From: a virus
Taxonomy: Duplodnaviria; Heunggongvirae; Uroviricota; Caudoviricetes
Length of the DNA: 61,740 bases
Reading direction: 5' to 3' (one strand)
IMG/VR virus record: IMGVR_UViG_3300045919_000425
Location: 97,199-158,938 of that record
Below, piece after piece: positions 61,621 through 61,740 of this stretch (position 1 is the first letter of the stretch; each line of letters starts with the position of its first letter). The notes below the pieces were generated by a model. The model was not told the origin of the DNA. It was given only the letters and a program-made list of their open reading frames with translations, and searched no databases. Both the position numbers and the translations under genes were made by a program.

Positions 61621-61740
61621 AATTAACAACTAGGACAGAGGTCAAAACACACCCATATTTTACGGTTTTAGATTTCATGAATTGTCCTGGTTGTCATTCA
61701 GAACAGCGGGCAATATCTCACACTGATAGGAAAGTAGGGA
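61617..61740 (+). CDS. Partial ORF at the window edge with a CxxC motif
   Basis: MKLTTRTEVKTHPYFTVLDFMNCPGCHSEQ..., ATGA overlap. Confidence 0.45.
   Translation, partial: MKLTTRTEVKTHPYFTVLDFMNCPGCHSEQRAISHTDRKVG

Noticed and set aside
1-61740. CRISPR array, tRNA genes, rRNA, DGR
   Set aside because: No regularly spaced direct repeats, cloverleaf/T-loop motifs in gaps, or reverse transcriptase seen by eye; a tRNAscan/CRISPR tool run would be needed to exclude them formally
1-61740. Stop-codon reassignment as in some large phages
   Set aside because: Code 11 gives dense, full-length genes, and TAA, TAG and TGA all terminate recognisable proteins

Overview
AT-rich (roughly 37-38% GC by eye) segment of a large lytic dsDNA tailed phage, probably a jumbo myovirus. 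It uses the standard genetic code, and no tRNA, rRNA or CRISPR array was seen. Layout: (i) 1-11 kb, replication, repair and host takeover: SSB-like tail, Rnl1 RNA ligase-polynucleotide kinase fusion, AAA ATPase, UvsY-like and RecA/UvsX pair, T5 A1-like nuclease, HNH endonuclease, DUF1353, Lon protease. (ii) 12.3-16.6 kb, a fractured dnaE gene whose two halves carry N- and C-terminal halves of a naturally split intein, with a free-standing Vsr/DUF559-like endonuclease between them. (iii) 17-52 kb, morphogenesis: gp25-like wedge, 2134-aa baseplate J-like protein, other baseplate/tail proteins, portal, terminase, tail tube-like protein, chaperones, tape measure, hub and spike. Genes with their own sigma70-type promoters, including an ATP-dependent DNA ligase, are interspersed here. 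(iv) 52-61.7 kb, UvsW-like helicase, RNase HI, pentapeptide-repeat protein, metallophosphoesterase and many small hypothetical genes. About 18 promoters share TTGAC(T/A)-N17-TA(G/T)NNT, several with a conserved GTTAA spacer element. Best candidates for follow-up are the split-intein DnaE locus (site offset from the cyanobacterial one, very short C-extein), an unannotated small basic ORF followed by a structured RNA at 4.5-4.9 kb, RBS-sequestering hairpins before late genes, and Lon with a replaced N-domain. All assignments come from motif recognition by eye; no database searches were run.
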